Positions 18,673 through 28,852 of a DNA stretch of 47,383 nucleotides are shown here, piece after piece. The stretch comes from an uncultured Chloroflexota bacterium (GTDB lineage Bacteria; Chloroflexota; Dehalococcoidia; Lucifugimonadales; GCA-002694895). The position numbers were made by a program, and so were the translations under genes. The notes beneath the pieces are model-generated. The model searched no databases, had not been told where the DNA came from, and worked only from the letters and a program-made list of their open reading frames with translations. The first letter of the stretch is position 1. Each line of letters opens with the position of its first letter. The stretch covers positions 1 to 47,383 of the forward strand of contig CATLOZ010000001.1 of the NCBI GenBank assembly GCA_950054395.1, in the 5' to 3' direction.

Positions 18673-20154
18673 TTGGAATCAGAAATAAATGAAATTATTA
18701 AATCACGATTGAAAAAACTTGAAATTTTGCATGAAAGAGGGATTGATCCTTACCCTACAGATTTCAAACCCACTCATAATACAAAAGCTTGTTTGGATTT
18801 GTTAAATGACATTGAGAAAAAAGGATTAGAACAAAGTGAAGTGATTTATTCAGCTGGAAGAATTACTGCAATTAGAAAAATGGGTAAGGCAATTTTCCTA
18901 GACATACTTGATGAATTAGGTAAAATTCAACTTTTAGCTAGAGATAATTCTATAGATGATAACACAAAAGAATTAATCGAATTACTCGATATTGGAGATT
19001 GGGCGGGTGTGATAGGGCCAGTATTTAGAACCAGAAGAAATGAGCCAACAATCCAGGTTAATTCAATAAAATTATTGTCAAAATCTTTAAAACCTTTGCC
19101 AGAAAAGTGGCATGGTTTAAAAAATGTTGAAACAAGATACAGACAAAGGTATTTAGATTTAATTGCTAACACTAATATTCGAGAAATTGTAAAGCAAAGA
19201 GATAATATTATTTTTGAATTGAGAAAGTTTATGAAAGAAGAAGGATTTACCGAAGTTGACACCCCTATATTAGTTCCGATACCTGCTGGTGGAATGGCTC
19301 ATCCTTTTAAAACATATCATAATGCATTAGATCGTGAATTATTTTTGAGGATTGCAACAGAGTTATATTTAAAAAGAATGGTTGTAGGGGGGATAGAAAA
19401 AGTATACGAAATAGGTAGGTTGTTTAGAAATGAAGGAATAGATAGTAATCATAATCCTGAATTTACCACGATGGAATCCTATGAAGCTTATGCTGATTAT
19501 AATGATGTTATGAAAATGGTTGAAAATTTGTTCGGGCAAATAGTTTTTAATGTGAAAGGTACATATGAAATCCAATATGGTGAAAATAAATTAAATTTCA
19601 AACCTCCCTGGAAGAGGCTGGATTTAAGGAAAACTTTAATAGAAAAATCCGGGATAGATTTTAATATTTGTAATGATGTGGAAATACTAAAAAATGAGAT
19701 GAGTAAAATAGGTATTGATGTAAGGAATCAGCTAAGCTGGGCAGGATTAATGGATAAATTGATATCAGAGAAATTAGAACCAGATTTAATTCAGCCTACG
19801 TTTTTAATAGATTACCCATTGGAAATGTCTCCTTTAGCTAAACTTTCAAAGGAAAATTCAAATATTGTTGAAAGATTTGAAGGATTTATTGCAGGAATGG
19901 AAATATGTAATGCATTTACAGAATTAAATGATCCACTTGATCAGAGAAAACGTTTTGAAAATCAGGAAAAAATGAGAGAAGAGTTTCCAGAAGAAGAAAG
20001 AGACAGATTAGATGAAGATTTTTTAGTTGCTTTAGAGCACGGAATGCCACCAACCGGAGGAGTCGGAATTGGGATAGATAGAATGGTTATGCTTATTTTA
20101 AATCAATCTTCTATTCGGGAAGTAATAAGTTTTCCTCAATTACGAACAATTTAA
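18673..20154 (+). CDS. lysS: Lysine--tRNA ligase, class II
   Basis: Class II motifs LFRNEGID and [13 protein letters not shown], with an N-terminal OB anticodon-binding domain. TTG start. Confidence 0.95.
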   Translation: MESEINEIIKSRLKKLEILHERGIDPYPTDFKPTHNTKACLDLLNDIEKKGLEQSEVIYSAGRITAIRKMGKAIFLDILDELGKIQLLARDNSIDDNTKELIELLDIGDWAGVIGPVFRTRRNEPTIQVNSIKLLSKSLKPLPEKWHGLKNVETRYRQRYLDLIANTNIREIVKQRDNIIFELRKFMKEEGFTEVDTPILVPIPAGGMAHPFKTYHNALDRELFLRIATELYLKRMVVGGIEKVYEIGRLFRNEGIDSNHNPEFTTMESYEAYADYNDVMKMVENLFGQIVFNVKGTYEIQYGENKLNFKPPWKRLDLRKTLIEKSGIDFNICNDVEILKNEMSKIGIDVRNQLSWAGLMDKLISEKLEPDLIQPTFLIDYPLEMSPLAKLSKENSNIVERFEGFIAGMEICNAFTELNDPLDQRKRFENQEKMREEFPEEERDRLDEDFLVALEHGMPPTGGVGIGIDRMVMLILNQSSIREVISFPQLRTI

Positions 20155-20155
20155 A

Positions 20156-23100
20156 TTAATTTGATATTTTTAATGATATAAATATATTTGAGTTATTAAT
20201 TTGAAACGCATTGTCACCTGTTTCAGATTTTTCAAATATGATATTTGTTGCAAGTATTTCTTGTGAAATATGTGATTCAAATTTATTAATTATATTTTTT
20301 AAATATTCATCTGAGCTATATGTCATTATGATTTTATCTGAAATATTGAAACCAGAGTCTTTTCGTAGATTTTGTATGTTGTGAATTAACTCTCTTGATG
20401 ACCCTTCATCAATTAATGAGGGATTTAATTTTGTTTCAATTGATACTTCATAATTATTATCTTCAATAAATTCAGTATTCTCCAAGTTATAGTGCTCAAT
20501 GTTAAAATCTTCTATTGATAGTTCTATGTTATTGATATTTACGTAATCTTTTTCACGAAGGTTTTTAATTAACAAATCATTATCTAAATTATTTAATTCT
20601 TTAATTAGGTCTCCCATTTTATTTCCTAGTTTAGGGCCTAAAACAGACTTATTCAGAGTGATATTTGTTTCGCTTAATTTGTAATTCTCATTTACAATAT
20701 TTACATTTTTTACATTGACTTCATCTTTTACTTGTTCTTTTATCATTTCTAAATATTTTGGATCAATTTGTTGTTTAGATTTAAATAAAAGATTATTGAT
20801 AGGTTGTCTAACTTTAATTTGTGATTTACTTCTTGCTGATCGTCCTAAACTTGAAATTCTCATTGCTGCCCTGGTAGCTATTTGAAGCTGTTCGTCATCT
20901 TTATTTTTTTTATTAAATGCAGGAAAATCTTCCAGGTGAACACTATTTTTTTTCCAATTAGCTTCGTTAGTTAAATTACAGTATATTTCATCTGTAATAA
21001 ATGGAATTATTGGAGACATAATTTTCGATAAAGTTATTAATACAAAATATAATGTTTCATAAGCTGAATATTTATCAAGATCAATTTTAGTATTATTTTC
21101 AAATTTTCCTGATTTCCAAAATCTTCGTCTATTTCTTCTAATATACCAATTTGACAGAAGATTAATAAAGTTTTCAACAGATAATGCTGCTTTGTCTGGT
21201 TGATATAATTTTAAATATTCTTTAACCATTTCAGATGTTTCTTTCATTTCTACCAATATCCATTTATCCATTAAATTTGTAGGGTTTGGAGATTTTAAAT
21301 TCTGAGGGGGAGTAAATTTGTCTAGAATAGCATAGTTAGTGAAAAAACTATATATATTCCAAATCGGGATTATTACCTGCCTTCTTATTTCGTTAGCAAT
21401 ACTTGGTCCAAATCTTAGGTTAATTTCAGGGTTTTGCCTTGTGTAAAGCCATCTTATAACATCAACTCCAATTTCCTCGGCAGCATCATCAAACCATATG
21501 GCATTTCCTTGGCTTTTATGCATTTCTGCTCCTGATTCATCTCTTACTAAGGCATATGAAAATATGTTTTTTGTAGGTGTCTTTTTTGATATTGCAGTGC
21601 CCATAGTTAAGTATGAATAAAACCAGTTTCTAAACTGGCCAGGAAAGCTTTCTGAAATCAAATCAGCCGGAAACCATTTATTCCAGTATTCTTTATTTGT
21701 TCTGTATTGCAATGTTGAAAAACCAACTATCCCTGCATCAAGCCACGGATTTCCAACATCTAATACTCTTGTGCCGATCAATCCTGTTTTGGGATGTTTT
21801 ATTTTTATTTTATCGATCCATGGTCTGTGAGGGGTATTTCCTTCGAATTCTTTCCATCCTTCTACTGCAAGTTTTTTTAATTCTTCTTTAGATCCAATCA
21901 CATAAAACGAATCATCCTCAAATTGCCAAATAGGTAATGCTAATCCCCAGAAGCGTTTTTTAGAAATCATCCAATCACCCATATTGTTTAGCCATTCATG
22001 CTCTCTTTGCTTTCCCCATGCAGGTACCCAATTTATTTCGTCAACTGATTTTTTTATATCATTTCTCCAATCCATATTGATATACCACTCATCTACCAGC
22101 CTGAAAACAAGTTCATCACCTGATCGCCAGCAATGTGGATATATATGAGGATATAATTCAGTATAAAAAAGCAAATCTTTATTTTTTAAATCTTCGAGTA
22201 TTAATTCTATTGTTTTTGAATCAGTGGCATTTTTTCCTTTGAGCCAATCAAAATTTTCAATGAAGTTTGCTTCTTCATCCAAAGGAGCTAAGGCAACAAG
22301 ATTATTTTTTTGCCCTATTTTATAATCTATATCTCCGCAGCCAGGGGCTGTATGAACAATTCCGGTGCCCTCTCCTGATGTAACAACATCATTCCCTTCT
22401 TGATCTTTTCCGCCATCATAAATTTTATGACATTTTATAGCATTAATTTTTTCATCTTTTAATTTTTCATTGGTAAATGGAAATCCCCCATCTATTTTAG
22501 TTGCTTTAAATTCATCATAAGGACCTTCATATTCCCATCCAATCATATCTGATCCTTTGATTATTTTTTCAACTGTATACCCACCTCTTTCATTAAATAA
22601 TTGGGCAATGGTTTTTAATTTAGGGACTCCTTCTACCCACTCTCTTTTTTCTTTAAATTCTTTTTCTAAGCGTTGGTATTTGATATTTTTTTCAGCTACA
22701 TAATAAATTTCATCATTTTTTAATTTACACTTGGCATAATTTAAATTTTTATTAACTAATAAAGAGACATTAGAAGTAAGTGTCCATGGAGTTGTGGTCC
22801 ATACTAAAGCATACTCATTATTTTTATTTTTTAATTTAAATTTTATAAATACTGATTTATGGGCAACTAATTTACGGCCTTCAATAATTTCCATTTGAGA
22901 ATAAGAAGTTCCTGATCTTCCAGACCATGGCACTACATCAGTCCCTTTGTAGATTTTTCCAGATTCATTCATTTGTTTTAAAAATCCCCAAATAGAATAA
23001 TTATTTTCATCAGACATAGTGAAATACGAATCTTCCCAATCCATCCAATATCCTAATCTTATGGATTGATCTCTCTGAACAGCAGAATATTTATTTACTC

Positions 23101-23470
23101 TTTCTTTACAAAGATTTACAAATTTTTCAACACCAAAATCTTGTATATCTTTTTTGGATTTGAATCCTAGAGCTTTTTCTACTTCTACTTCTACCCATAA
23201 TCCCTGGCAATCAAATCCATTTTGATATCTTTGTTCATGCCCTAGCATTGTGTAAAATCTTTGAAATAGATCTTTATATGTTCTGCCCCACGCATGATGT
23301 ACTCCCATGGGATTATTAGCAGTAATAGGTCCGTCAATAAAAGAAAAAGTTTTTCCTGAATCAATATTTTTATCCCTGTATTCTTTTACAGTATTATTTT
23401 TATCCCATTTTTCTAATAGATTATTTTCTAATTTAGGAAAATCAGGATTTGAATTTACTTCTTTAAACAT
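20156..23470 (-). CDS. ileS: Isoleucine--tRNA ligase (long, type 2 form)
   Basis: 1104 aa; HIGH-like PMGVHHAWGR; KMSKS-like EMHKSQGN; CP1 editing insertion. Preceded by a T-box leader with an Ile specifier. Confidence 0.95.
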   Translation of the reverse strand: MFKEVNSNPDFPKLENNLLEKWDKNNTVKEYRDKNIDSGKTFSFIDGPITANNPMGVHHAWGRTYKDLFQRFYTMLGHEQRYQNGFDCQGLWVEVEVEKALGFKSKKDIQDFGVEKFVNLCKERVNKYSAVQRDQSIRLGYWMDWEDSYFTMSDENNYSIWGFLKQMNESGKIYKGTDVVPWSGRSGTSYSQMEIIEGRKLVAHKSVFIKFKLKNKNNEYALVWTTTPWTLTSNVSLLVNKNLNYAKCKLKNDEIYYVAEKNIKYQRLEKEFKEKREWVEGVPKLKTIAQLFNERGGYTVEKIIKGSDMIGWEYEGPYDEFKATKIDGGFPFTNEKLKDEKINAIKCHKIYDGGKDQEGNDVVTSGEGTGIVHTAPGCGDIDYKIGQKNNLVALAPLDEEANFIENFDWLKGKNATDSKTIELILEDLKNKDLLFYTELYPHIYPHCWRSGDELVFRLVDEWYINMDWRNDIKKSVDEINWVPAWGKQREHEWLNNMGDWMISKKRFWGLALPIWQFEDDSFYVIGSKEELKKLAVEGWKEFEGNTPHRPWIDKIKIKHPKTGLIGTRVLDVGNPWLDAGIVGFSTLQYRTNKEYWNKWFPADLISESFPGQFRNWFYSYLTMGTAISKKTPTKNIFSYALVRDESGAEMHKSQGNAIWFDDAAEEIGVDVIRWLYTRQNPEINLRFGPSIANEIRRQVIIPIWNIYSFFTNYAILDKFTPPQNLKSPNPTNLMDKWILVEMKETSEMVKEYLKLYQPDKAALSVENFINLLSNWYIRRNRRRFWKSGKFENNTKIDLDKYSAYETLYFVLITLSKIMSPIIPFITDEIYCNLTNEANWKKNSVHLEDFPAFNKKNKDDEQLQIATRAAMRISSLGRSARSKSQIKVRQPINNLLFKSKQQIDPKYLEMIKEQVKDEVNVKNVNIVNENYKLSETNITLNKSVLGPKLGNKMGDLIKELNNLDNDLLIKNLREKDYVNINNIELSIEDFNIEHYNLENTEFIEDNNYEVSIETKLNPSLIDEGSSRELIHNIQNLRKDSGFNISDKIIMTYSSDEYLKNIINKFESHISQEILATNIIFEKSETGDNAFQINNSNIFISLKISN

Positions 23471-23490
23471 AATTCCCTTTATTTTTAAGC

Positions 23491-23524
23491 AAAAAAAAAC
23501 CGTCCCTTAAATAAAGGGACGGGA
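23491..23524 (-). terminator. Rho-independent terminator of the ileS T-box leader
   Basis: Minus strand CCGTCCCTT-TATTT-AAGGGACGG followed by T9. The 5' arm overlaps the T-box sequence, giving the expected antiterminator alternative. Confidence 0.8.
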
Positions 23525-23730
23525 GAAATTCTCTCGTGGTACCACCCTAATTCTTGGAAACTTAACCAAGCAACTTAATTAGCTATAACGGGCAAACCCG
23601 GCAAAACTTACTTTATTTCAGCTTAACCACTCAGAGATGATACTTACTCAATTATAACCTTCCCCTCTTACACTATCAGGGTTCGCTTAAAAAGTCTTAT
23701 TGAAAGCTTATTCTCTTCTTAGTGTTTTAT
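23491..23730 (-). promoter_or_regulatory. T-box riboswitch leader of ileS (Ile/AUC specifier) with an intrinsic terminator
   Basis: The minus strand reads AATTAGGGTGGTACCACGAGAG (23552-23531), matching the conserved T-box sequence. The specifier-loop context is GAGTAAGT-ATC-A, with ATC at 23641-23639. A Stem I GA-rich start (AAGAAGAGAATAAGC) lies near 23720. A possible promoter is TTGACA (23770-23765), 17 nt, TAATTT. Confidence 0.85.
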
Positions 23731-23788
23731 ATTTGTAAATAAAATTAAAACAATATTAAACGAATGTCAATTATATCAAAGTTATAAT

Positions 23789-25330
23789 TTAATTTAATTC
23801 ACTTTTGATGTTTCCAACTGCTCGGGTTTTTATAGTTATAGCATTACTAGGAAGGTATGATAAGGGTATTTCTTCAAGATCAATTATTTCCACGGTATTT
23901 TGATCCGCACCTTTCTTAATCGCATTTTGTACAGCTTCATTTTTAGATATTTTAATTATTTCATCTCTAGATAAATCTGTAGTCGAAAAGACTTTTTCAG
24001 AATAACCACTTATTTGTGCCATTGAAGATCCTATTGCATTAGCAACCTCACCAAATTCGGGGAATTTAATTAAATCAACACCGTCTAACTTTTTAGGTAT
24101 TATAAAAGAACCTCCACCAACAACAATAGCTTTAATATTTTTTGAGTCGGTTTTCATTTTATCAACAGCGATTGAAATTTTTGAGTAAATTTCTTTTTCT
24201 ACAGATTTGATTAGATCATTAGATAATTTGAAATTTTGATTTGGAGCTATAAAATTTGATTTATTTTGATTTACAAAGATATCAGTGATTGTTTTTGTTC
24301 TCCCGCCAAAAGATAAAGACTCTGTAGTGATTAAATTCCCAAGGCTTTTATGACTTAAATAAGGAGCTTCTTGATTAATTATTGATCCTCCCCCTAATGG
24401 AATTGAAAGTACATCGGCCATTCTAAAATTTGTTCGTATACCTGAAAATTCCACAGCAATTGAAGATTCCTTTGGAAAGTTATTAATTAGCATTCCTATG
24501 TCTGTAGAGGTTCCTCCGATGTCAATAACAATTCCATCTTTAATCCCAGATAAGAATGCAGCTCCTCTCATACTATTTGTTGGGCCTGACGACAAAGAAA
24601 AAATCGGATAATTTAAAGCATCATTTATTGATGCCATAGTACCATCATTTTGCGTGATATATATTTTTGATTTCAGGTCTAAATCAATTATTATTTTAGT
24701 CAAATTTGCAAAAGTTTTTTTTGCTGACTTACTTAGCATAGCATTTAAAATAGTTGCATTTTCTCTTTCTAGTAATCCAATTCTTCCAATTTGATGTGAC
24801 ATTGATACGGGAATTATACCCATTTCATTTAATATAATATTTCTTACTTCTAATTCTTGATAGGGATTTACAGATGCAAAAATCCCTGTTATTGCAATTG
24901 ATTCTACATTTTTCTTTTTATAGATTTCACATAGTTTTTGAATTTCAGATTTATTAATTGCAGATATTTCCCTTCCGTCAAACTCAAGTCCTCCATCGGT
25001 AAAATTGGTTATAAAAGTATTAGTTTTTTTTATATCTGAAGGCCAATCACATAAAGGTTTTAATAATCTTGTTGAAGGACCACATAATCTAATTACGCCA
25101 GTTTTAGAAAGGTTTTTTCTTTCTAATAAATCATTTATCAAATGTGTAGTTCCGATAATTATTGATTTTATTTTTTCTTTAGGCTGATTTTGAAGGACTT
25201 TTGATATGCATAGTTTGACTGAACTACTTATATCTTCACTTGTATTTGTTTTAAAGCTACTTATAATTTTATTATTATCAATTAATACTGAATCAGTATT
25301 TGTTCCGCCTACATCTATTCCTATTCTCAT
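23789..25330 (-). CDS. Hydantoinase/oxoprolinase family protein (HyuA-like, ASKHA fold)
   Basis: MRIGIDVGGTNTD and IDIGGTSTD phosphate-binding motifs; 513 aa. The start overlaps the stop of the upstream DUF917 gene (TAATG). Confidence 0.8.
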   Translation of the reverse strand: MRIGIDVGGTNTDSVLIDNNKIISSFKTNTSEDISSSVKLCISKVLQNQPKEKIKSIIIGTTHLINDLLERKNLSKTGVIRLCGPSTRLLKPLCDWPSDIKKTNTFITNFTDGGLEFDGREISAINKSEIQKLCEIYKKKNVESIAITGIFASVNPYQELEVRNIILNEMGIIPVSMSHQIGRIGLLERENATILNAMLSKSAKKTFANLTKIIIDLDLKSKIYITQNDGTMASINDALNYPIFSLSSGPTNSMRGAAFLSGIKDGIVIDIGGTSTDIGMLINNFPKESSIAVEFSGIRTNFRMADVLSIPLGGGSIINQEAPYLSHKSLGNLITTESLSFGGRTKTITDIFVNQNKSNFIAPNQNFKLSNDLIKSVEKEIYSKISIAVDKMKTDSKNIKAIVVGGGSFIIPKKLDGVDLIKFPEFGEVANAIGSSMAQISGYSEKVFSTTDLSRDEIIKISKNEAVQNAIKKGADQNTVEIIDLEEIPLSYLPSNAITIKTRAVGNIKSELN

Positions 25331-26415
25331 TATTTTCTTGGAATTTTTAGTAAATTTTTATAATCAAAGTCATAACCAAATCCTCTGGGGCCAACAACTT
25401 TTAATGCTTTTTTAGTGCATAGATTCTGAGGAGCAGGCAGAGCTAATATTGAAACCCGAAAACCATATCGCAATAGTTCAGTAGTAATTGGTTCTCCTGT
25501 TTCTGTATCAATTATGCATATAAGATCAGGTACCATGCATTCAATTTTTTCATTAATATATGCAATTAAATTTTCATTTTGAAATTCAATTTTAAGTTCA
25601 CTATTAGAAAAATTGTTGGTACCATTTATTGTGACATATCCTTTTGCAAAACCTTCAGTAGTTGTTCGTGACAAATCTGTTATTTTACCTTCGAAAAGTA
25701 ATTTACCAGGATATACTTTTAAAATATTTTTAATTGGATTTTCTTTATTCTTTTGTGATTTTTGTACTGCTTGCCCAACTTCTTTAGCTAAACTTAATGT
25801 TCCGTGAATAGCAGTTTTTTTAACTTGAATACCACTCATTGGTGCTGTTGCAAAAACTGCTGCACATCCCATTTGTATTGTTACTGCTCTAGCCATTTTT
25901 TCTAACCAATGAGCACTAATTGCATGAGTGAACAATGCAGTATTTCCTTTTTCATCACATACAACTGTAGGAGTCCACGATACGCCATAAATAAAAAATG
26001 TTTTCATATGTATTTCAGGAAAAGCTCTACCCATACCATCGCCATCAACTACCGGAATATTATTTTCTCCTGCCGCTATTAAAGGTTCAAGGGAATTGCT
26101 TCCTCCAATTTCACCCGATATTACTGCGGTTGCTTTTTTGCCTAAATAATTTTCTAATTCTTTTAATGCTCTTCCTGATTCTGCTCCTCTAACTTTTTCT
26201 ACACCAACAGTTGGAGCACCTATTCCACCAAGGCAAATAACTAAATCATCGTCTTTTAATTCATTGGGGTGTATTACGGGTATATTCCCATGTTGATTTA
26301 TTATTTCCTGAGCTCTTAATTTTCCTATATATGGGTTTCCTCCTCCTCCTGTACCTAAAATCCCAGCACCAATAGAAATTTGTTCAACGCTCTCTGAATT
26401 TATCTCAAAAGAAAT
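25330..26415 (-). CDS. DUF917 (PF06032) family protein; proposed non-canonical ATT start
   Basis: The frame is open from 26436 down to 25330. The 131 codons upstream of the ORF-track Met encode the conserved DUF917 N-terminus (IGAGILGTGGGGNPYIG...VDGDGMGRAFPE) but contain no in-frame ATG, GTG or TTG. AAGGAG (26427-26422) sits 6 nt before ATT (26415-26413). Confidence 0.65.
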   Translation of the reverse strand: MSFEINSESVEQISIGAGILGTGGGGNPYIGKLRAQEIINQHGNIPVIHPNELKDDDLVICLGGIGAPTVGVEKVRGAESGRALKELENYLGKKATAVISGEIGGSNSLEPLIAAGENNIPVVDGDGMGRAFPEIHMKTFFIYGVSWTPTVVCDEKGNTALFTHAISAHWLEKMARAVTIQMGCAAVFATAPMSGIQVKKTAIHGTLSLAKEVGQAVQKSQKNKENPIKNILKVYPGKLLFEGKITDLSRTTTEGFAKGYVTINGTNNFSNSELKIEFQNENLIAYINEKIECMVPDLICIIDTETGEPITTELLRYGFRVSILALPAPQNLCTKKALKVVGPRGFGYDFDYKNLLKIPRK

Positions 26416-26428
26416 ATAAGACTCCTTA

Positions 26429-28720
26429 TTATTTTGTTAACATTTTTTTCATTATATCAAGGTTTTTTTGATAATTTAGACCGGCTACTAAAAGGATTAT
26501 ACCTAATAAAATAAAAGCGAATATCCTAATAGTTGTTGGTAATAAAAATAAATCAAAAATAAATAATTTTATTACAGTAATTCCAATTGCCCCCAATCCT
26601 ATACACCTAAGAGTGAAGTCTTTTATCTTAATTGAAATGAATATATATACTGTTCCGATTATTGCCCATGTAACTCCCCATATAGTACTCGTGATAGGGT
26701 CTTGAAAACTGGATGCAATATTTATATTTGGGTATCTTACAAGAATATGTAAATCAAGGCTAAATATTATGAACGGGATAATAAATAGCAAGGATTTATA
26801 ACTATTTTTTATATTAACGATTTCAAAATTCCCCAGATTATTTGAGAATTTTTTTATTGTAAGTATTGTTATGTAAAAACCTATTGAACATATTAATAAA
26901 GTTAAAGTTCTGATATTTATAAAAGGTATATAATTTTCTGTATCCCAAAACATTGCATAAATTATAGTTAATATTGAAAAAGTTAAAATAATACTATGGC
27001 CAAAATAACGCTTAATTGTACCTATATTTTTTGTAACATTAATTCTTAATATTAAATTTGATATTGTTGCTGTTGTAATGATCCATAACATTAATGTTAG
27101 AGGCATTTGATAAGTATTTGAAATAAATGTAGGGAAATATTTGATAGTGAAATATATTTCTGTGTTTATGACGAGTATTAACAGAATAATACTTACAAAA
27201 TATAAAAAGTTGTTATAAATTTTTTCATAATTATTCAGATTGAAACTTTTTGATATATAGTATGTGAAATAACTCGTTACAAATACTGATAGTAAAGATA
27301 AAAATCTTGAATTAATTACTGGAATCATATTTTCATTATTATAGAAATCCCAGATCAAACCTTTAATAATAATTAAAGACAATATCGAGTATCCAAGTAT
27401 TCTGGCCTGAATAATTGATTTCCTAAAACCTAGAAAAATGATTACGGAAGCTTGCATTGCCCAAAGTATGGTTGTCCATGAACTTGAAAATTGAACGGGT
27501 ATACTTATAAAAATAATAAGAAATCCCGATATAATAAAATAAATTCCATAAGTAATCTTTTGAGATTTTAATAGAGAATATATTGTGGGTATAAGATATG
27601 AAAAACCAAAAGTTAATCCAAGAATTCCAATATAATTTCTATATTCATTCCATAAGGTGCTGAAACTAAATAATACAAAGGTTAAGGTCACTATTATTAA
27701 TCCTAATAAAGTGGTTAAAGAGTAAGTATTTATGATTTTTTTATTTGTTATCCACCAACCAGATAATAGCATTAGATATATTGACGTGCATATCGACCAT
27801 TGTAATTCTGGAGATATTGAATTAGCTGAAATACTACCAGTCCATATTAAGAAACTTCCATAAGAAGCTATTAAAATTCCAAAGAATAATGTTTGATATC
27901 TAAAATTAAATAAAAAGACGGAACTACTGAGTACAACTAAGGGTAAATAGTAACCGCTTGCAGCAATACTTTTAATATCTAATGTTTCAAATGAAACAGC
28001 TGTTAATATTGGAATTGAATATGCTCCAATTAATGAAATAATACCTATTGATATATTTCTATAATGATAAGCAAGGTAATTACCTAAAATAGAAATCAAA
28101 AAGATAATTATTGAGCCAATATATATATTTAAAAGATCATATGTGGTGAATGAGGTATAAGTAGTTATATAAAGTATTCCAATTCCTAATCCCGTCAAAA
28201 TTCTTGAATAAAAAGATAATTTTGAATTCAGTAGATAACCTATAAATACAAAGGCAAATCCAAAAACAGCACCAATTAAAATAATTAAAAAATTGGAAAT
28301 CCAATTTGAATCTATCGCTGCTTTTATAAAAAAGCCAATTCCAAAAATTATTGCCAGGGATCCAATTCTTGCAAGCCAATTTTGACCAATTAATAATTCA
28401 ATTTCATTAGTTGTTGGAAATAACCCTGTACCGGGAACATTAATGTTCGGAAAATTTGGTTTATTAAAACTTATATTTTGAAACTTGGTTAACCTACTTT
28501 CTATTTCTTCCCCGTGTTTTTTCTCTTTTTCTTTCGGTGGTTTTTTAATTATTGATTCTAATTGAGATTTTAATGATTTTAATTCATTTTTAATTTCAAT
28601 TAATTCTGACTCTGAAGTGCTTAGATTGTCTTTAATTATTTGGAAGCCACAAAATGTACAAAATTTAGAATCATCAGGGATAGATTTTTTACAATTATTA
28701 CAATTCATAATATTCCTCAA
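26429..28720 (-). CDS. DUF2339-family polytopic membrane protein with an N-terminal zinc ribbon and coiled coil
   Basis: CNNCKKSIPDDSKFCTFCG zinc ribbon; a coiled-coil/Lys-rich linker; the IGQNWLARIGSLAIIFGIGFFIKAAID motif; more than 20 predicted TM helices; 763 aa. Confidence 0.7.
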   Translation of the reverse strand: MRNIMNCNNCKKSIPDDSKFCTFCGFQIIKDNLSTSESELIEIKNELKSLKSQLESIIKKPPKEKEKKHGEEIESRLTKFQNISFNKPNFPNINVPGTGLFPTTNEIELLIGQNWLARIGSLAIIFGIGFFIKAAIDSNWISNFLIILIGAVFGFAFVFIGYLLNSKLSFYSRILTGLGIGILYITTYTSFTTYDLLNIYIGSIIIFLISILGNYLAYHYRNISIGIISLIGAYSIPILTAVSFETLDIKSIAASGYYLPLVVLSSSVFLFNFRYQTLFFGILIASYGSFLIWTGSISANSISPELQWSICTSIYLMLLSGWWITNKKIINTYSLTTLLGLIIVTLTFVLFSFSTLWNEYRNYIGILGLTFGFSYLIPTIYSLLKSQKITYGIYFIISGFLIIFISIPVQFSSSWTTILWAMQASVIIFLGFRKSIIQARILGYSILSLIIIKGLIWDFYNNENMIPVINSRFLSLLSVFVTSYFTYYISKSFNLNNYEKIYNNFLYFVSIILLILVINTEIYFTIKYFPTFISNTYQMPLTLMLWIITTATISNLILRINVTKNIGTIKRYFGHSIILTFSILTIIYAMFWDTENYIPFINIRTLTLLICSIGFYITILTIKKFSNNLGNFEIVNIKNSYKSLLFIIPFIIFSLDLHILVRYPNINIASSFQDPITSTIWGVTWAIIGTVYIFISIKIKDFTLRCIGLGAIGITVIKLFIFDLFLLPTTIRIFAFILLGIILLVAGLNYQKNLDIMKKMLTK

Positions 28721-28805
28721 CTGAATTATCTTATTTTTCTTTTGTAAATTAAAGCTAAATTATGTTTAGTAATATAATATTATTATTATTATTTAATCAA
28801 ATATG

Positions 28806-28834
28806 TTGACAAAGTATTGTGAAAAACTTATCGT
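28806..28834 (+). promoter_or_regulatory. Candidate sigma-70-type promoter of pstS
   Basis: TTGACA (28806-28811), 17 nt spacer, TATCGT (28829-28834). The spacer contains TGTGAAAA, a motif that recurs upstream of pstC. Confidence 0.4.
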
Positions 28835-28852
28835 AGTATTAAATTAATTAAA

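Noticed and set aside
28771-28795. A (TTA/ATT)n microsatellite of about 5 units upstream of pstS, as a possible phase-variation tract.
   Set aside because: It is short, lies upstream of the -35 element, and such runs are expected by chance at this AT content.
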